64,000 bases of DNA from NCBI RefSeq assembly GCF_038025025.1, contig NW_027117342.1:744001-808000 (forward strand). The letters run 5' to 3'. The position numbers were made by a program, and so were the translations under genes. The first letter of the stretch is position 1. Each line of letters opens with the position of its first letter. Of this stretch, positions 11,580 to 24,093 are shown in pieces. Below the pieces are notes generated by a model. The model was given only the letters and a program-made list of their open reading frames with translations. It made no database searches and was not told the origin of the DNA. Source of the stretch: Phyllosticta citribraziliensis (lineage: Eukaryota).

Positions 11580-14122
11580 TACCTGGCCGCCTGGACCATT
11601 GCAAGTCCCCATCCATCCGGCGAGGTGGTCGCAAATGGGCCAAAAGAAAAAGTGCGCGGGCGGGATGGATTTAGCGTCCAGCGGCACGTCTTTGCTTTCG
11701 GAATTTAGGAAGACCGTAGACAAATGGATACACAATTGCGCGAACATGGTATGACTGAGTAAGGAGATGATTCAGAATGGGAAACAATGGGTTGAGGTGA
11801 AGAGCTCACACTTCATCTTCGCTGTTGGTGGCCTCCTGCCCGCATTTGTGCGGGGTCTTTTCTGGAGTCGCAGGCAGAGACATGATGTTGAGGAATGAAA
11901 GGGAGGCTTGGAGGTTATTGTCGGAAGGTACAAGTGTTTGGCGTGCTTGGATGAACTTGAAGAGAAGGCAAGTTGTACGTTGTGGCAGCTAACTCAGCCA
12001 AACCCCCCTCTTCATTGGCACGAACGCCAGACAGTCACCACTCTGCGAGGACGTCCCACGATTCAAACCCACGACCCGCTCTTCCCCGGTCTACGGCCAC
12101 ACCACGTTCGAGACCTCTCCGCCCCGCACCTTGCGAGGACGTGGCTACGCCTCCCCAAGCTTTGCGAAACTTAAATCACGTTTCCGCGCACAGTCAAGGG
12201 CACGGTTCCGGAGTTGAGCTCAGCCCTCCGTCGGTGTCCGCAGACGATCGAGTGTATAGTCGCGCGCGGCAGAGTTGCATTCTTTGCTGTAGAGGATGAG
12301 CTCCTCATGTCTTGGAGGAGGGGTGGATTTACTGCCGACGAGATGCTGTGCACGACTGAGCTGAGCATAGTGGCAATGTGCGCGAAGAAGGAGCAGTCAT
12401 TCGCTGGAGTGTGTTGGAGACAGAGGGAGGAGTAGGATAAGCAGCGCCCCGTAGCACCACAGGCAGTCGACAGCCACTGCTTTTTCGGCTTGCCGACTGC
12501 GGCCAGCGAGTGGGTAGTAGCCGAGATTCGTGTTGTTTTGCGAGCTTTTGTGCTGGAAAAGGGGCGTGCCTCTCAGGCGTCCGGTGGGGCTTGCAGCACC
12601 GCCACTTCGCTAGCGTGGGGGCGCTGGATCGTTCCCGACAGCCAGCGATCCCTGGTCGCTGGTTCCCCGGAACCTTCTATGCACGGTTAGCGCTTGCGAG
12701 ACCCTGGTCCGGCATTTCGACGACATGCCTTTGCGTTTCCACCCACTTGGGGTAAAGAAAGGATAGTTGTAGAACCAACGTCGCCTTCTCGGTGTTCGTC
12801 TCATTGTGCCCTCCGAAACCGCTTCGATTCTTGCGCATATGCAGTTTGACGTTTGACCGCGGCCTTTCTTGCCCACAGCGGGAACATTCGTTGACGCCAT
12901 CATCGACGATGTTGTCAAAGAATCGACTCGGAACAGAAGGATTGAGGAGCGACTTCTTCGGAGAAACTGACGGCAAGAAGTGGATTTCTTGGCGCTCCAC
13001 TTGGGATTGTCCAGACCTTTCATGGCTTTAGTGATGCGCAAATATTTAGACTTGTAACTCACTTTTCACAGGTGGGAAGTTTCTGAATAAAGGCGGGGAA
13101 GTGAATTGAGCTCTGATCAGTACAGTGTGATGTTGAAGCATTCACTCGAGGTCGAGCGGAAGGGCTGGCTGCCAGATCACGGACGGGAGGTGATGCACAA
13201 GCAGTGCGGGCGCGGCGCCGTAATGGTGGTAAATCGGCGCCACGAGTAAGCGAAGCAAGATGGCTCGTGCCCTGCAGGCGGCATGAATGTATTTTTCCGG
13301 CCCACAACCACCGATTCTTTTCACCACCCACCCGAGCCTGTCCGAGGTATGCGCCCTGAGCCCCCAAGCGCGTAATCGTCACCGCTGTCAAGGTTGCTGA
13401 CCTTTGTGCTTTGCAGATGCGGGCTGGTACGGGTCCCAGTCCCTCGTGGGCTGGCAGTTGAGGTTTGCCGCTGGATGGCCTCTCACGACAAGGCCCGCCG
13501 GTACATGTTACCGGCCCTGGAAGGGCTGCGATTCGCCCGCTGGGGCTTCTTTCTTCAACTTGGTGATCTGCCGCTAGACGGTCGCTATTTACGACAAGAC
13601 CCGCCGAGTCTCTCACAAGACATCGGTCTTCGCGGGGTTGCATGAAGCCGGTCGGGATTTTCTCTCAGGTAAGCGTTCGAATCACACTGCCACAGTGCCA
13701 ATCCTCGCGCGCCGCCGCATTTGACCTGGTAGTCATGCTCACCAGAGCTCGCATGCCCAAAGATTACCACCGCAATATTGCCACGACAATTCCTTCAAAA
13801 CCCAACCTACCCTCACACATGTGGCATGTAAGTGGTCGCCCGGATCGGACGACAGCCGGCCTGCGAGCCCCAACACCTTCCCGACATTGGCCCGCGTAGC
13901 ATCGCGCTAAGCCCAATCCCGTCGCGCCTGCTAACAAAAAGGTCGCATAGGCCGCCAAAAGCGTTTCCTACTCTTCGCCGAACCCTTCATCTCTCTTCCT
14001 CTCTGCGCATCGCACGTCTCTTGACCATCGGAACCATCGTTGCCACCTTGTCGACCTCAATGTAAGCTCCCAGCCTCCCCGACTCTACGCAACTGCTACT
14101 GACCGCAATCAATCAGACCATC

Positions 14123-14359
14123 ATGGCCAGCTCTCAATCCGATCTCAACCTCGACAGGATCCTGGAGCTGATGAAAACCTGCACCTCCCACGAAGAGTTT
14201 ACCAGGCTGCAGACTCTTGCCATCATGCACGTAGAGGCCAAGTTTCATCGCTTTCCTCAGGCTGCCAACGGCGCTGGAGCTGCGGGAGCCTCTACCTCGC
14301 AGCAGCCCGTGAAGCAGGAGCGCTCTGCCAGTCCCCAGGTCAACGAGGAGAACGCGTGA
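14123..14359 (+). CDS. Small hypothetical protein, family S copy 1 (may continue after a GTGAG donor at 14356)
   Basis: 5'-UTR intron GTAAGC..TACTGAC..CAG 14062-14116 directly before CATCATG; helical N-terminus, Ala-rich linker, VKQE. Confidence 0.55.
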   Translation: MASSQSDLNLDRILELMKTCTSHEEFTRLQTLAIMHVEAKFHRFPQAANGAGAAGASTSQQPVKQERSASPQVNEENA

Positions 14360-16233
14360 GCCCATTCCCTTCCGTCGCGAGAAACTCCGTCGCTGATTGC
14401 GCTCCCAAGCTTCCGCTTCAAGCACGAGTCACCCAGCCCTTCACCCGAGCCGAGTTCATTCAATGGAGTCACCGAGTCGCGTCGCGACGAGCCCATGAAC
14501 CTTCCGGCTCCCACCAGGTAACGCAGCTCTATTCACATGCAAAGACTCATGCTTACGCAGAGCCCAAACAGACGTCCTGCCCCCGACTCAAGCAACGTCG
14601 ACGGACGCGTCTTACGCCGTTCTGCCCGTCTCCAGGACAAGACTGTGAAGTCGAAGGACTAGTCAGATACATGCGCGCGGCTGGATCTTCATCAAGGTAG
14701 TATGAATGGCTCGATGGCTATGGATGGTTTTGCCGGATGGACTTTTGCACTGGACGGGTAGCCAACCAGGTCTCGGATTGCTTCACCGGGCCTCTGCCAA
14801 CCAATGAGACAAGGGTTTCGCGATCTGCCCAGCTTGCTTTGTGGTGAATTCATTTTGAGCCGTGATGATTTGGTCTTGCTTCGCAAAGTTCGGGCTTCCA
14901 GCAATGCCATTCGCCTCAATCGCGCAATGTGCGTTCCGCCATTGCAGCTATTGCTGATCATTCTCAACCTTGAATTCAGCTGCTTGCTCTGAGCAGCGGC
15001 GACATGTCTGTCAGTAAAGAGAAGAGCAATGAGGGGGTTTCTTGGGCTCAAATATCCTGGGTAAGCTCTACCCCATGCCACTTGTTGCATCCGCTGATCA
15101 AAGAAGGCTACTTGCCAGGAAAAGAAGTACCCTTGCCCACCAATCAACAAAAGACACACCAGAGTCAGACGCGATAACGCGTCAGAGCCGCTGCCGCGAA
15201 GCCCCCGTACCTGGACGAAGGCATTTTCGTCTTCTCCATCACGCATAACGCCAAAGCGCACACGCCAAAACGCACACGCCACAAGCGTGTCGAAGACCAG
15301 CTCAGATATGGAGGCTTCTCTCCAGCCTGAAGTCCGTCGTACTGCCAAGCAGCAGCGTCGAGAAGCTTCGACGAATCTGCGAAGATTCCCTCCCAAGCGT
15401 CGATGCGGGCAAACAGCAGCTGTGTCGAAGAAGCAATCGTGGCCACGAATGCTCCCCGCGTGTCCACAACCATATCCTCGGGGGTCATGTCGCGACGAAT
15501 CATCTCGTTCAAAGCACCTCTGCTCTGCCACGGAGCGGGAGCTTGAATCCATCACCCGCATCCGCGGAGGCCGCTGCGCGAGCACCATTCGAGACGCCAC
15601 CACGCGATGCCTGACCAACCCGCACTGCCAGCCCACATTTCTCAAGCAAGTAAGATTCTTTGTCCATTTATCTTCGCGCTGGCTGCATGATCGCCTTAGG
15701 GCTGAAGTACAAGCTGCAGATCTGGAGGTCTCTCGTCGATGCGCGAATACCCCCTGCGCCAACCCTTTGTGTGTTGACGGAGTCGAATTCCCAAAACCTC
15801 GCACGCGTCAACTGCCTCAACAACAATGACTACAGCTGCCCCGAGGGTATGAAGTGCTTGCTCAACATCGCACACGGACAATTGTAAATTTCATGACCGG
15901 CGTGCTGCCGTATCTACGAGCCGACGGCGAAATCCCTCGTGTAGGTTGCGCACGAGCGTATCATGTTCCCGTCGTGCCAATCAGTAAGGATACCAGCTAA
16001 GCATGCCTTGTCTGTCTGGCGTCCGGCCACCCTATGCTCAAACGGCACCGGCCGAAGCATTCCGGCTGAGGGAATGCCAAAGTTTCGACGTCCTTTTGGG
16101 TGGTCGCAGGCTCCAAGAGCATCCATCTTCTCGTTGTCCAGGTCTTCTCTGAATATGTTGTCCCATTTGAGGGAGACTTGTGCAATTCTACAGGTTGTTG
16201 GTTCAAGTAATATATGGTGGGGGAAGGGCTGCT

Positions 16234-16576
16234 TACGGTGCTGGCATGTCCGTATCGTCATCAGACTCGTCATCGGAAATCAGGCTGATGATTTCAACCG
16301 GGCGCTTGGCACGACTGTCGTTGTCGGTACTTCCATGGTTGTCGTTTCCAGAACTCAGATCAGGATCCTCGACCTTTGGTTTCTGCAACCTCTCATTGAC
16401 ATCTTTTGCGGGTCTGAGTGGCCTCTTCTGTTCGCGTCGTCGATTTGAAGGATGAGGCGGGCGTGGCGGGCACCTGCTTCCCTGGAGCTTGCTGCTGCGA
16501 CCCGCTGGTGGAGCTCGTCAAGGATTTTGTGCTGGTCCGGTAATTCAACCATCCTGTCCACGAGATTAGTGTTCAT
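16234..16576 (-). pseudogene. Frameshifted small gene with C-terminal SIM-like motif
   Basis: Intron-like GTGAGC..TTGAC..AAG just before ATG 16576; a second frame reads QKPKVEDP...KRPVEIISLISDDESDDDTDMPAP*. Confidence 0.45.
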
Positions 16577-17212
16577 GCTTTGTCAATATACAGAGACAAT
16601 AGTGTGCTCACTTGAGATGATGCGGCGAGTTCGGGGGGAGATTTGGAGGGGCGGAAGACGGTGTAAAGTGGGTAACCTGTCCTGAGATTAGGAGTTTGTT
16701 CGCAGAGAGTAAGTGAGAAGGGTAATGAAGCACGAGGAAGTAGCATCCCAAGGCTAGCCCCAAAGACGACGGGCAAGTGGGACGCAACCCAACGACGATC
16801 TAGTTTACAAAATCAAAAAGAAAAGGAGCCAGCACTCGATGATCGCAAGATATAATTTTGGCTATGGACGGCAAAACGACCCCTCAGTTTTACCTGGAAT
16901 GCCGAATCATGTCGCAAGTGTTACCCAAAAGTCCACGTGGGTTGGGTTCAGAAGTGTCGGAAAAGACCCAGAAACACCAGATCATGTAATGAAGTGCAAT
17001 TCGAAATCCCAATAGGCGGCCACCCCGCCGGATACATTAGTGAGGGAATTCTGGCCGGAACAAAAGGTGCCAAAAAGGGTGGGTGATATCGGCGATGTTC
17101 AGCAGAGCAAAAGAATTGTGTCCATCTGGCAGCCACCCTCCCGGATCGGTTGAGACAGACGAGCGGATCGAGAGAGACCATTATCGCCGGCTTCGGCATG
17201 TCAGAAAGTTCT

Positions 17213-18086
17213 CTAAGCTGCGACGCCGCCGACGTGCGAAACCGCGAAGTCCGAGATGACCTTTTTGGTGACAGGAATGAGATGGGGATACTCCCCCGGG
17301 TCCTGGGTGTCGTGGAACACGACTTCCAGCCATAGCTCGCGTCTGTACTGCGCGATATAGAATGACTGTGCCCTGATTTCTGGCCTCATCATGTGCCGAT
17401 AAGTTTTCATGAAATACTGATCAGCTTGGCTGAGCCAACAATAGAGCAAGCGCCATTGCCAGTCCTTCAGGATTTGCTTCGTGCGGTCGTCGGCGGTCGT
17501 AGGAGGACTGAAAACGACATCAAAGTCGATGGTCGGCGTGAGGAAGTAGAACATCTTCTTGACAAGATGCGCTGGGCGCCTCAGAAAATACGCTGTCAAG
17601 ACTCCAAAGCGCGCCTCCATACCCACGGTCAGAAGGTTGTCTTCCGTAGAAAGCGAACGATTGACGATGCCACGAACTTTGTCCGAGATGAATTCGAGCA
17701 CACAAGTCGTCCAATGGTTTCCTGTCCTGACATGTTCACGATGGGCCTTGTCGGATCCTCCCAGGTCTACCTCATGCCAGGCAAGATAGTACAACGCGCG
17801 GATGTGGTTGGTCTTCGTTTCCCTGGCCCTCTTCTCGGCGGCAGCTAATCCATGTTAGTCCAGTCGGCCACAGGGCTGTAAGGCACTCACAAGCACGATG
17901 TGTCGGGGATCCAAGGGTGTCTTCCCAAGCATCGTTCGGAACTGCTTGACCCGAAAGCACCACCTGGCGCTCGTTTCCATCATTTCCAACCTTTCTGTGA
18001 AGTCCAAATTCACGATAGACCCTTTCGCGTCCGATGCGGAAGCGTTGACGCGGAGTGCGCTCCGGCTCTTCGTCATGGTTCGGCAT
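17213..18086 (-). CDS. Unassigned family F, copy 4 (diverged, internal deletion, possibly pseudogene)
   Basis: RQVVLSGQ exon; intron GTGAGT..ACTAAC..TAG 17890-17845; HIRALYYLAWHEVD...IDFDVVFSPPTT...ILKDW...CWLSQA aligns with VKWDVIFDPPAT...LMQTW...CYVYAA of copy 3. Confidence 0.65.
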
Positions 18087-19728
18087 GTCTTCGTCGGATG
18101 TTGTTCTGAGTCGGAGCCGGGGTAGGTGGAGGCAACACTGAGTTGGTGAACTGGAGCAGCCGGCGAGTCTTTGCTGGAGGTGGATAACCACGTCTCAGCA
18201 GAGAGCTCGAGTGGATGAACGGTTGGCGCAAAGGGCGACAGAGCTTCACCAGGGAGTTGTGAATGAGGAGTATGCCGAAGGCGCAAGATATTCGGAGGTG
18301 TGGTGGGTGAGACTGGAGCCGATTGGAACACGCGAAGCGTGATCTGGAGTAGCGGGTGAGATCTGTCGAGAGCCGAAGATACAGACGTCAAGCTCGTAGG
18401 CCTGCACGAGGTGGGAGGACCGGCGCGATCGAATCAGAGAGTTTGAGGGTGGATGATGAAGCAGAGCAAAGAATTGGGAGATTTATTGGGGAATGGAACT
18501 CGACAGAGTGCAAGAAGAAAGTTGTGGCGGCTTGAGAATTGTGTGTCGGAATTCGGGCGGTGAAATTTGGCATTGTCTGCGGTGTAGGGTGACTGTGTGA
18601 GAGCGGCGTACCGTAGACGGGCCCGGCAGGAGGTTAGGTAAGGTCAGGTACCATGTAGGTTGCAGCTTGAGCCTGTCCGCTGCACAGCAGATCCCAATCG
18701 GATCATCTGCCTGGAGTGGCCACTGGCTTGCACCAAGGAGCATTCATGTGCCGATTCAATCCTCATCTCCCGTGTTCTTCTGTGGTAGCGGCTGCGTCCC
18801 GGGAGCAGTCATCTGTTGTCGCGCCCACCTTTGTCCCTATGGACCTATTCCTTCGATGAAAAGCTCATTGCGTGCCTGAAGTTGCTCGCTCGCAACCTAA
18901 GGCACCAAGGCAGGCTACCCTCACCTCTTCCTTTTCGCTCAACAACCTGCTGCGCGTACGGGTACAGCCCGCAAACTACGCCCTGATTAACGGAGACGTA
19001 CAATCGAACCGGATCCGCAGTGGACCGAGCTGCCTCAGGGGACGCATTGCGGTCTTTGACGACCCAGGATTCCTTTTTGAAATGTACCTCTACGCGAAGT
19101 CACTCCTTGAGCCTTTCATCGGCTCGATAAACCAATTCAACATCCACAATGGCCACAACGTGCTCGCACAACAACCTTTACCCCGACTCAAACCATCACG
19201 ATCAGCTACCGCAACCGCTACGCCCTCTACCTTGCTGCTCAGCCTAACATTGGCGCCGCAGCCCCTTGGGGAGGGATTGGAGAGCAATTCCGAGCCAAGG
19301 AACCACCTGTCGACCAACGACGAGGTGCTACCGGCCAAAAGTAGTGTCTCTACCGCTGACGGAGTCAATTCTCTTGGCCGCGCTTTTGTTTGTCTTTCTT
19401 CTTTGCTTTCTATTAGATACTTCCTTTCCATTCACGAGGGGACGTCGTGTAGCACCTGGGTTGCTCTCAACCATGGTATGAGGTCGGCGACGTGTATCAG
19501 CAGGCTATGACTTCTAGAGCAAAGATGAGTGCATACGAACGAACGCTTCCACCGCCTCTGGCGCTTGTTCAAAAATTAATGCCGCGTCCCCTCTTGTCAA
19601 TTGCCTTGCGTGTGATCTCTCTCTCTGAATCGATAAGACTTCATTTATTCGACCCTGCCTACTTTCAATCGAAAATCCATTTCCCCGCCCTTTTACTGGT
19701 GTCTAATCTAAGATGTTTTTCTGAACCC

Positions 19729-19797
19729 TTTCATACATTCGTTCTTCGCCCCCTGGACGGCATGTTCTTCCATCTGCTTGGGCCATGAACGCTCCCT
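19729..19797 (+). repeat. Left arm of 69-bp inverted repeat pair A
   Basis: Reverse complement of 22294-22362, 5 mismatches counted by eye. Confidence 0.9.
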
Positions 19798-19799
19798 GC

Positions 19800-21572
19800 C
19801 ACACGCAAAGACAATGAGGGTTCAATAGCGGTCTGCGCCTGGTACTTCGCCGAAATGCGGGCAGCACCGGCGACCTTCCGAACGGCGTCGACTGGGGATG
19901 CCGTGTTGATATCTGCGGCAGGAATGGCCTGGGGCAGCTCCATCGAGTTCCAAGCCTTGGATTCCTTGTCCCAGGGGCGGTTGATGAGCAATGGAATCGT
20001 TCCGGGTGGAGCGATTGGGAGGCGAGTGGTCACGATCGCGTGCCAGGCACCATCCATCGGGGCCTCAGTCCAGTCCTTGTCTGAGCCAGGCTCATTGGTC
20101 ATGAACAGGACCTTGACAACGTCGTCTTCTTGCAAACGGAAAGTCCAAGTTTCTTCCTTCGTTTCCTGGCCGTCGTTGTCTTCGGCGTTGTCCTTGCGGG
20201 TGAGATCGTGCTCAAGGATGCCAAAGTACTGGCGGCCTTCCGAGTTGTTGACCTCGACAAGACGAATGTTGCTTTCGAGGATCTGGGTGCGTGTGCTCGA
20301 ATTCTTGCTCTTGCAGGACCAGGACGGGGCCTCTTGTCTTGTCGAAAGTGGCCACGGTCCCACGAAGCATCTCTGGGAAGCTTTCGGCGACGAAGGTGAT
20401 TGCGTACGTCACCACAGAGCTCTGTTAGTGGGACGGCAGCAGGTTTGCAATGTCCGTCGCTGGAATTCCCTGGCGGAGTAGCTTCACGGTCGCATCAATG
20501 ATGACACGGGCGTGATCGACGTTGTAGGTAGATCCAGATGCCTTGACCAATGCATCCTTGGAATACTTGACATCGAAAAGGTACACTCGGCGGTTGTACG
20601 GCACCTGGTACTCTGCTCTGATGGCGGCTTCGAAGGGCATGGAGAAGGGATGGAGCATTGCCTCGGTCGCTTCGTCAATCTGCAGAAGGCCGCTGTAAGT
20701 CATGTTCGAGACAACATGCAAGACTGAGGAGACGCATCGGTGCTGTTGAACAAGCATCCTGAACGGGATGCCAAGCAGGAGCATGCGGAGGAAGAACGAA
20801 TGCCTGTACAGCTCTGACAACGAGTGCCTTGTGCTGACGATTGGGTTCAGCTGTGCTGGGTCGCCAATGAAAGGCTTGGTGCCGAGAGGGTACCAAGCAA
20901 ACAGGCCCCAGACGTCGGACTCCAGGGCGCGGGCTGCCTCGTCTACCATCATGACGGTCGGACTGATGACCGTTCTGACCTTGGGGTGAGCCGCACCCAT
21001 CACTGTGGTGACGATGATGTCGGCCATCTTGAGAGCTGCCTCGCGCAACTCCGCCTGAAGCTCAGTGGAGCGTGTCCTCGAATTCTTGCTCTTGCAGGAC
21101 TGGATATCCGTACATGGCCATGTACTCCTCGCAATTGGATAGGGTGGCTTGCTTGACGACAGTGATCTCGATTCTGTCTTCAGCTGTGGTTTGCGACCCA
21201 AATCCGATGAAGCACTGGTGCTTCGCACGTTCCTTGAACCACGAAGACGATCGTAGGGCTCTAACAGGTCTGGGGCGTCCGAGCGGTAGGCAAGAAAGTG
21301 AAGAAGGCGGTCGGATGCCAAGGGGTTTTCTGTGGTGGCCTGGTGAGATCCATGGGAGGCGAGCGACGTGTGAAGGTCGGCGGACCAAGTAAAGTCGGTA
21401 TGCGACACGGTGACGACACAATGTAGAGAGTGAGGGTCATCTTGGGCCTGGTCTTGATATCTCCGTCCGTGTCGGTACCGTCGGCGGGCGCAACAACGTG
21501 TCGACGCCGGAGGTAACCAACCTCACAGGTTTTGTGCGGCTTGGCATTGGAGAGGTGGTTGGGTGAGACCAT
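19800..21572 (-). pseudogene. Rearranged SF1B (Upf1/DNA2-NAM7-like) helicase pseudogene (H2)
   Basis: N-terminus TCEVGYLRRRHVVAPADG matches DCEVDSLSCRLAVFPANG of H3; ADIIVTT, VDEAAR, IGDPAQL, QQHR present; no Walker A; frameshifts. Confidence 0.85.
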
Positions 21573-22293
21573 GCCGTTCAGCTAAGACAATGTTAGCTGC
21601 ATGCCTGGGAGTAGGAGGGACGCGAGAGGCGCTTACCGATGGGAGCGTCTATTAGTGCGGTTGGGTTGAGTGTGTGTAGAAGCAAGGGTATCGAGCTTGG
21701 AGGGCATCATGGAGCTCTGGCCGTTCAGTGCATGGTCTTTGAGGACTTAGCGCGTGTCCTCATGAATGCTCCTCGCGCAAGACACATACCTCGGGGCGTG
21801 TCAGACTTGTGCGGCACCGCAGCGAGCCATGGGCGCTCGTAGAGCGTGGGCTGAGTGGCAGCAGCCTGGCCGCAGTTGTGCTGGTTGTGGCGAGTGGAAA
21901 TCCTGAGAGACGGGCAGAGAAAGAGAAGGAGGAGGTGTGTAGGTGGTGAGTGAAGGAACCGGGGCCGGTACTGCAACCTTCGTCGGAGTGTGCGTCGGGG
22001 AAGTGAGTCGATGGGTTTGCTTGGGACTGGACACAAGGTCAAGTGGGCAGAGGGCGAAGTGTGCTTCGAGAATTTACCGAAGCGACTTGGGCGCTTCGCT
22101 TATGGCCGCCTGATCATCCGGCGGCGCGGTTTCAACGCGGGTCCCGAATGGAGTGGAAGACGCGAAGCCCAGGGAGTCGACCGTCTGGGTACATTCTCGT
22201 TTCACCGTGCGAACGTCTGAAAACCTGTCCCAGCTGCTCCTACAGAAGCTCTTTGTCTGTCTCTTTTCCAGACACCTTGTCCCCGCATGCGCT

Positions 22294-22362
22294 AGGGAGC
22301 GTTCATGGCCCAAGCAGATGGAAAAACATGCCTCCCAGGCGGCGAAGAACGAACGTATGAAA
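22294..22362 (-). repeat. Right arm of 69-bp inverted repeat pair A
   Basis: AGGGAGCGTTCATGGCCCAAGCAGATGGAA...GTATGAAA is the reverse complement of 19729-19797. Confidence 0.9.
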
Positions 22363-24093
22363 TGTTCCAGAAAGCGTACTTAGGTTCAAAAATGCTAATG
22401 CTGAAAACAGCACGATTCACGCCAATACTTGCGGGATTTTCGACGCGATCTGCTTCCCAGATGTCGACTGGCGCGACAGTGAGCAAGGCTTCGCCGAGTA
22501 CGGCTGGGACTACAATCTTTACCAACAAACCGGACAATACGCCAGCAACGTCTAATCGAGGTCCACCCACAAGGAATGCCATATTTACGAGGCGGAAGTC
22601 CGAGTCAAGAACGTTCTCGTCTTCATGGATTTGCGGGTATGGCGGACGTCGAAGAAGGTGGAGATGAGACTGGGCCAGATGATTCATGAGGACCACACGG
22701 TTGGCGAATGGCGACGAGAAACATCTCGAGGCCTCCCCAAGGTTCCGCACCTTCGAGCGCTGATTTACTTCGTTTTTCACCGCTTTGAGGACGATCACGC
22801 CAGGCCGTTCTTTGAAGACATACCCCGTGAGTGAGACGTTCGAAGCCTTTTGGGTCAGTGAAAAGCTCCAGGAAACTGGCCGTTAAACGCGTCCTGGGAG
22901 TGGTCAACGCAGCCAGGGAGAGGAAGATCGAGTTGGCGGACTTCAAATACCGAGCCGACGAAGACATTATATGAGCCCCATCATCCTCATCTCATCCCTT
23001 CCTTGCTGTTTCTTTTCTTTCTTCAAGCCATCCCAAGGCGCATGGGCGGATTTGGTTTCCCTCCAGGTTGCATTTTTGGTTTTTTGCGTTGCTTTGAATT
23101 GGCCGCTACACGGGGTGATGCACGGATGGAGTTGCTTTTTTTGGGACTTGTTTCGAGAAATACAAAGTCTTTAGCACCAGTTCTGAGTATGTTTCGTGAC
23201 TGATGTATAATAAAAGCTCTCAGGGTGGTGTTGAAAGCTCCGTAAAACTCCAGCCCGTAGGCTTGTCTGCTCAAGATTTCTCCATGTTCCGGCTGCTATG
23301 GCATAGGAAGCATCCGTGATTCTTCACTGGCAGAACAAGAGGAGCATTCATGCGCCCGGAAGCTTCCTTATCACTCAATTTGTAATGCAAACAAAACGCA
23401 ATCGCGGTGCGCTACAAAGGAAAGTCCTCATGGGAGGGCTAGGCGTTCCATCAAGAGCTGTGAGTTTCTGGGGGCAGCTTGGGTTGCAGAGGCAATACTG
23501 AATGTTGGGGTATTGGTGCTCCTCTTTGGGTGCTTCTGGGGGATTCTCCGTAGCAAGCTGCGTTGGGTATTGTTGCAAGTTCAAGCTGCAGGGCCCTCGG
23601 CGGAGCAAGTTGGAAGCAACTGGGCAACCGTACAATGCTTCTGGCTGGCTATACAAAGGGACGATGCTGGCTACGGCGTAGAAAACATCGAAAGACAGCC
23701 ATAGCGCGGGGACCTGGCTTGTGTGGAAACAATGCAGGAGCGCGAACCTGGAGAAGCAGGTAGAACAAAGGGCTTTCACGGCTTCTTCGAAATGCAACAA
23801 CCAATTTTTCTCCTCATATTTCAGCTATACCTCATGGATTGTACGCGGGCAACGGGCATCAGCGCACTCCCAAGACGGAACCTCCGGAACCTCCACGAGC
23901 CAGCAGAAACCTCCTCTCATCTTGTATGCTGCCACCTTGATTTTTGTCCATTCCGGTAATACGGCCAGGCCGGCGCAGCGGGCGGAATGCTTCAGTGCTG
24001 TAATTCATGTCAGCCAGTGTTGAGCGGAGGTAAGGTGCGCAGAGTAACGTTGACTCACGTGTTCTGCAAGTGGAGCGCTGGGCCTGTACCAGA

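Noticed and set aside
11800..13900. Short ORFs on both strands
   Set aside because: No recognisable motif, paralogy or convincing splice model; possibly decayed genes
14692..15890. 370-aa minus ORF and Cys-rich plus ORFs
   Set aside because: Arg/Cys/Ser-rich off-frame composition; alternative frames look like broken coding remnants but cannot be assigned
18872..19510. 212-aa ORF as another helicase N-terminus
   Set aside because: Only a faint RVxVxPAN resemblance; GTG start; insufficient evidence
22380..24020. Fragmentary ORFs between repeat arm A and family S copy 2
   Set aside because: Probably pseudogene debris with stops and AT-rich patches; no identifiable family
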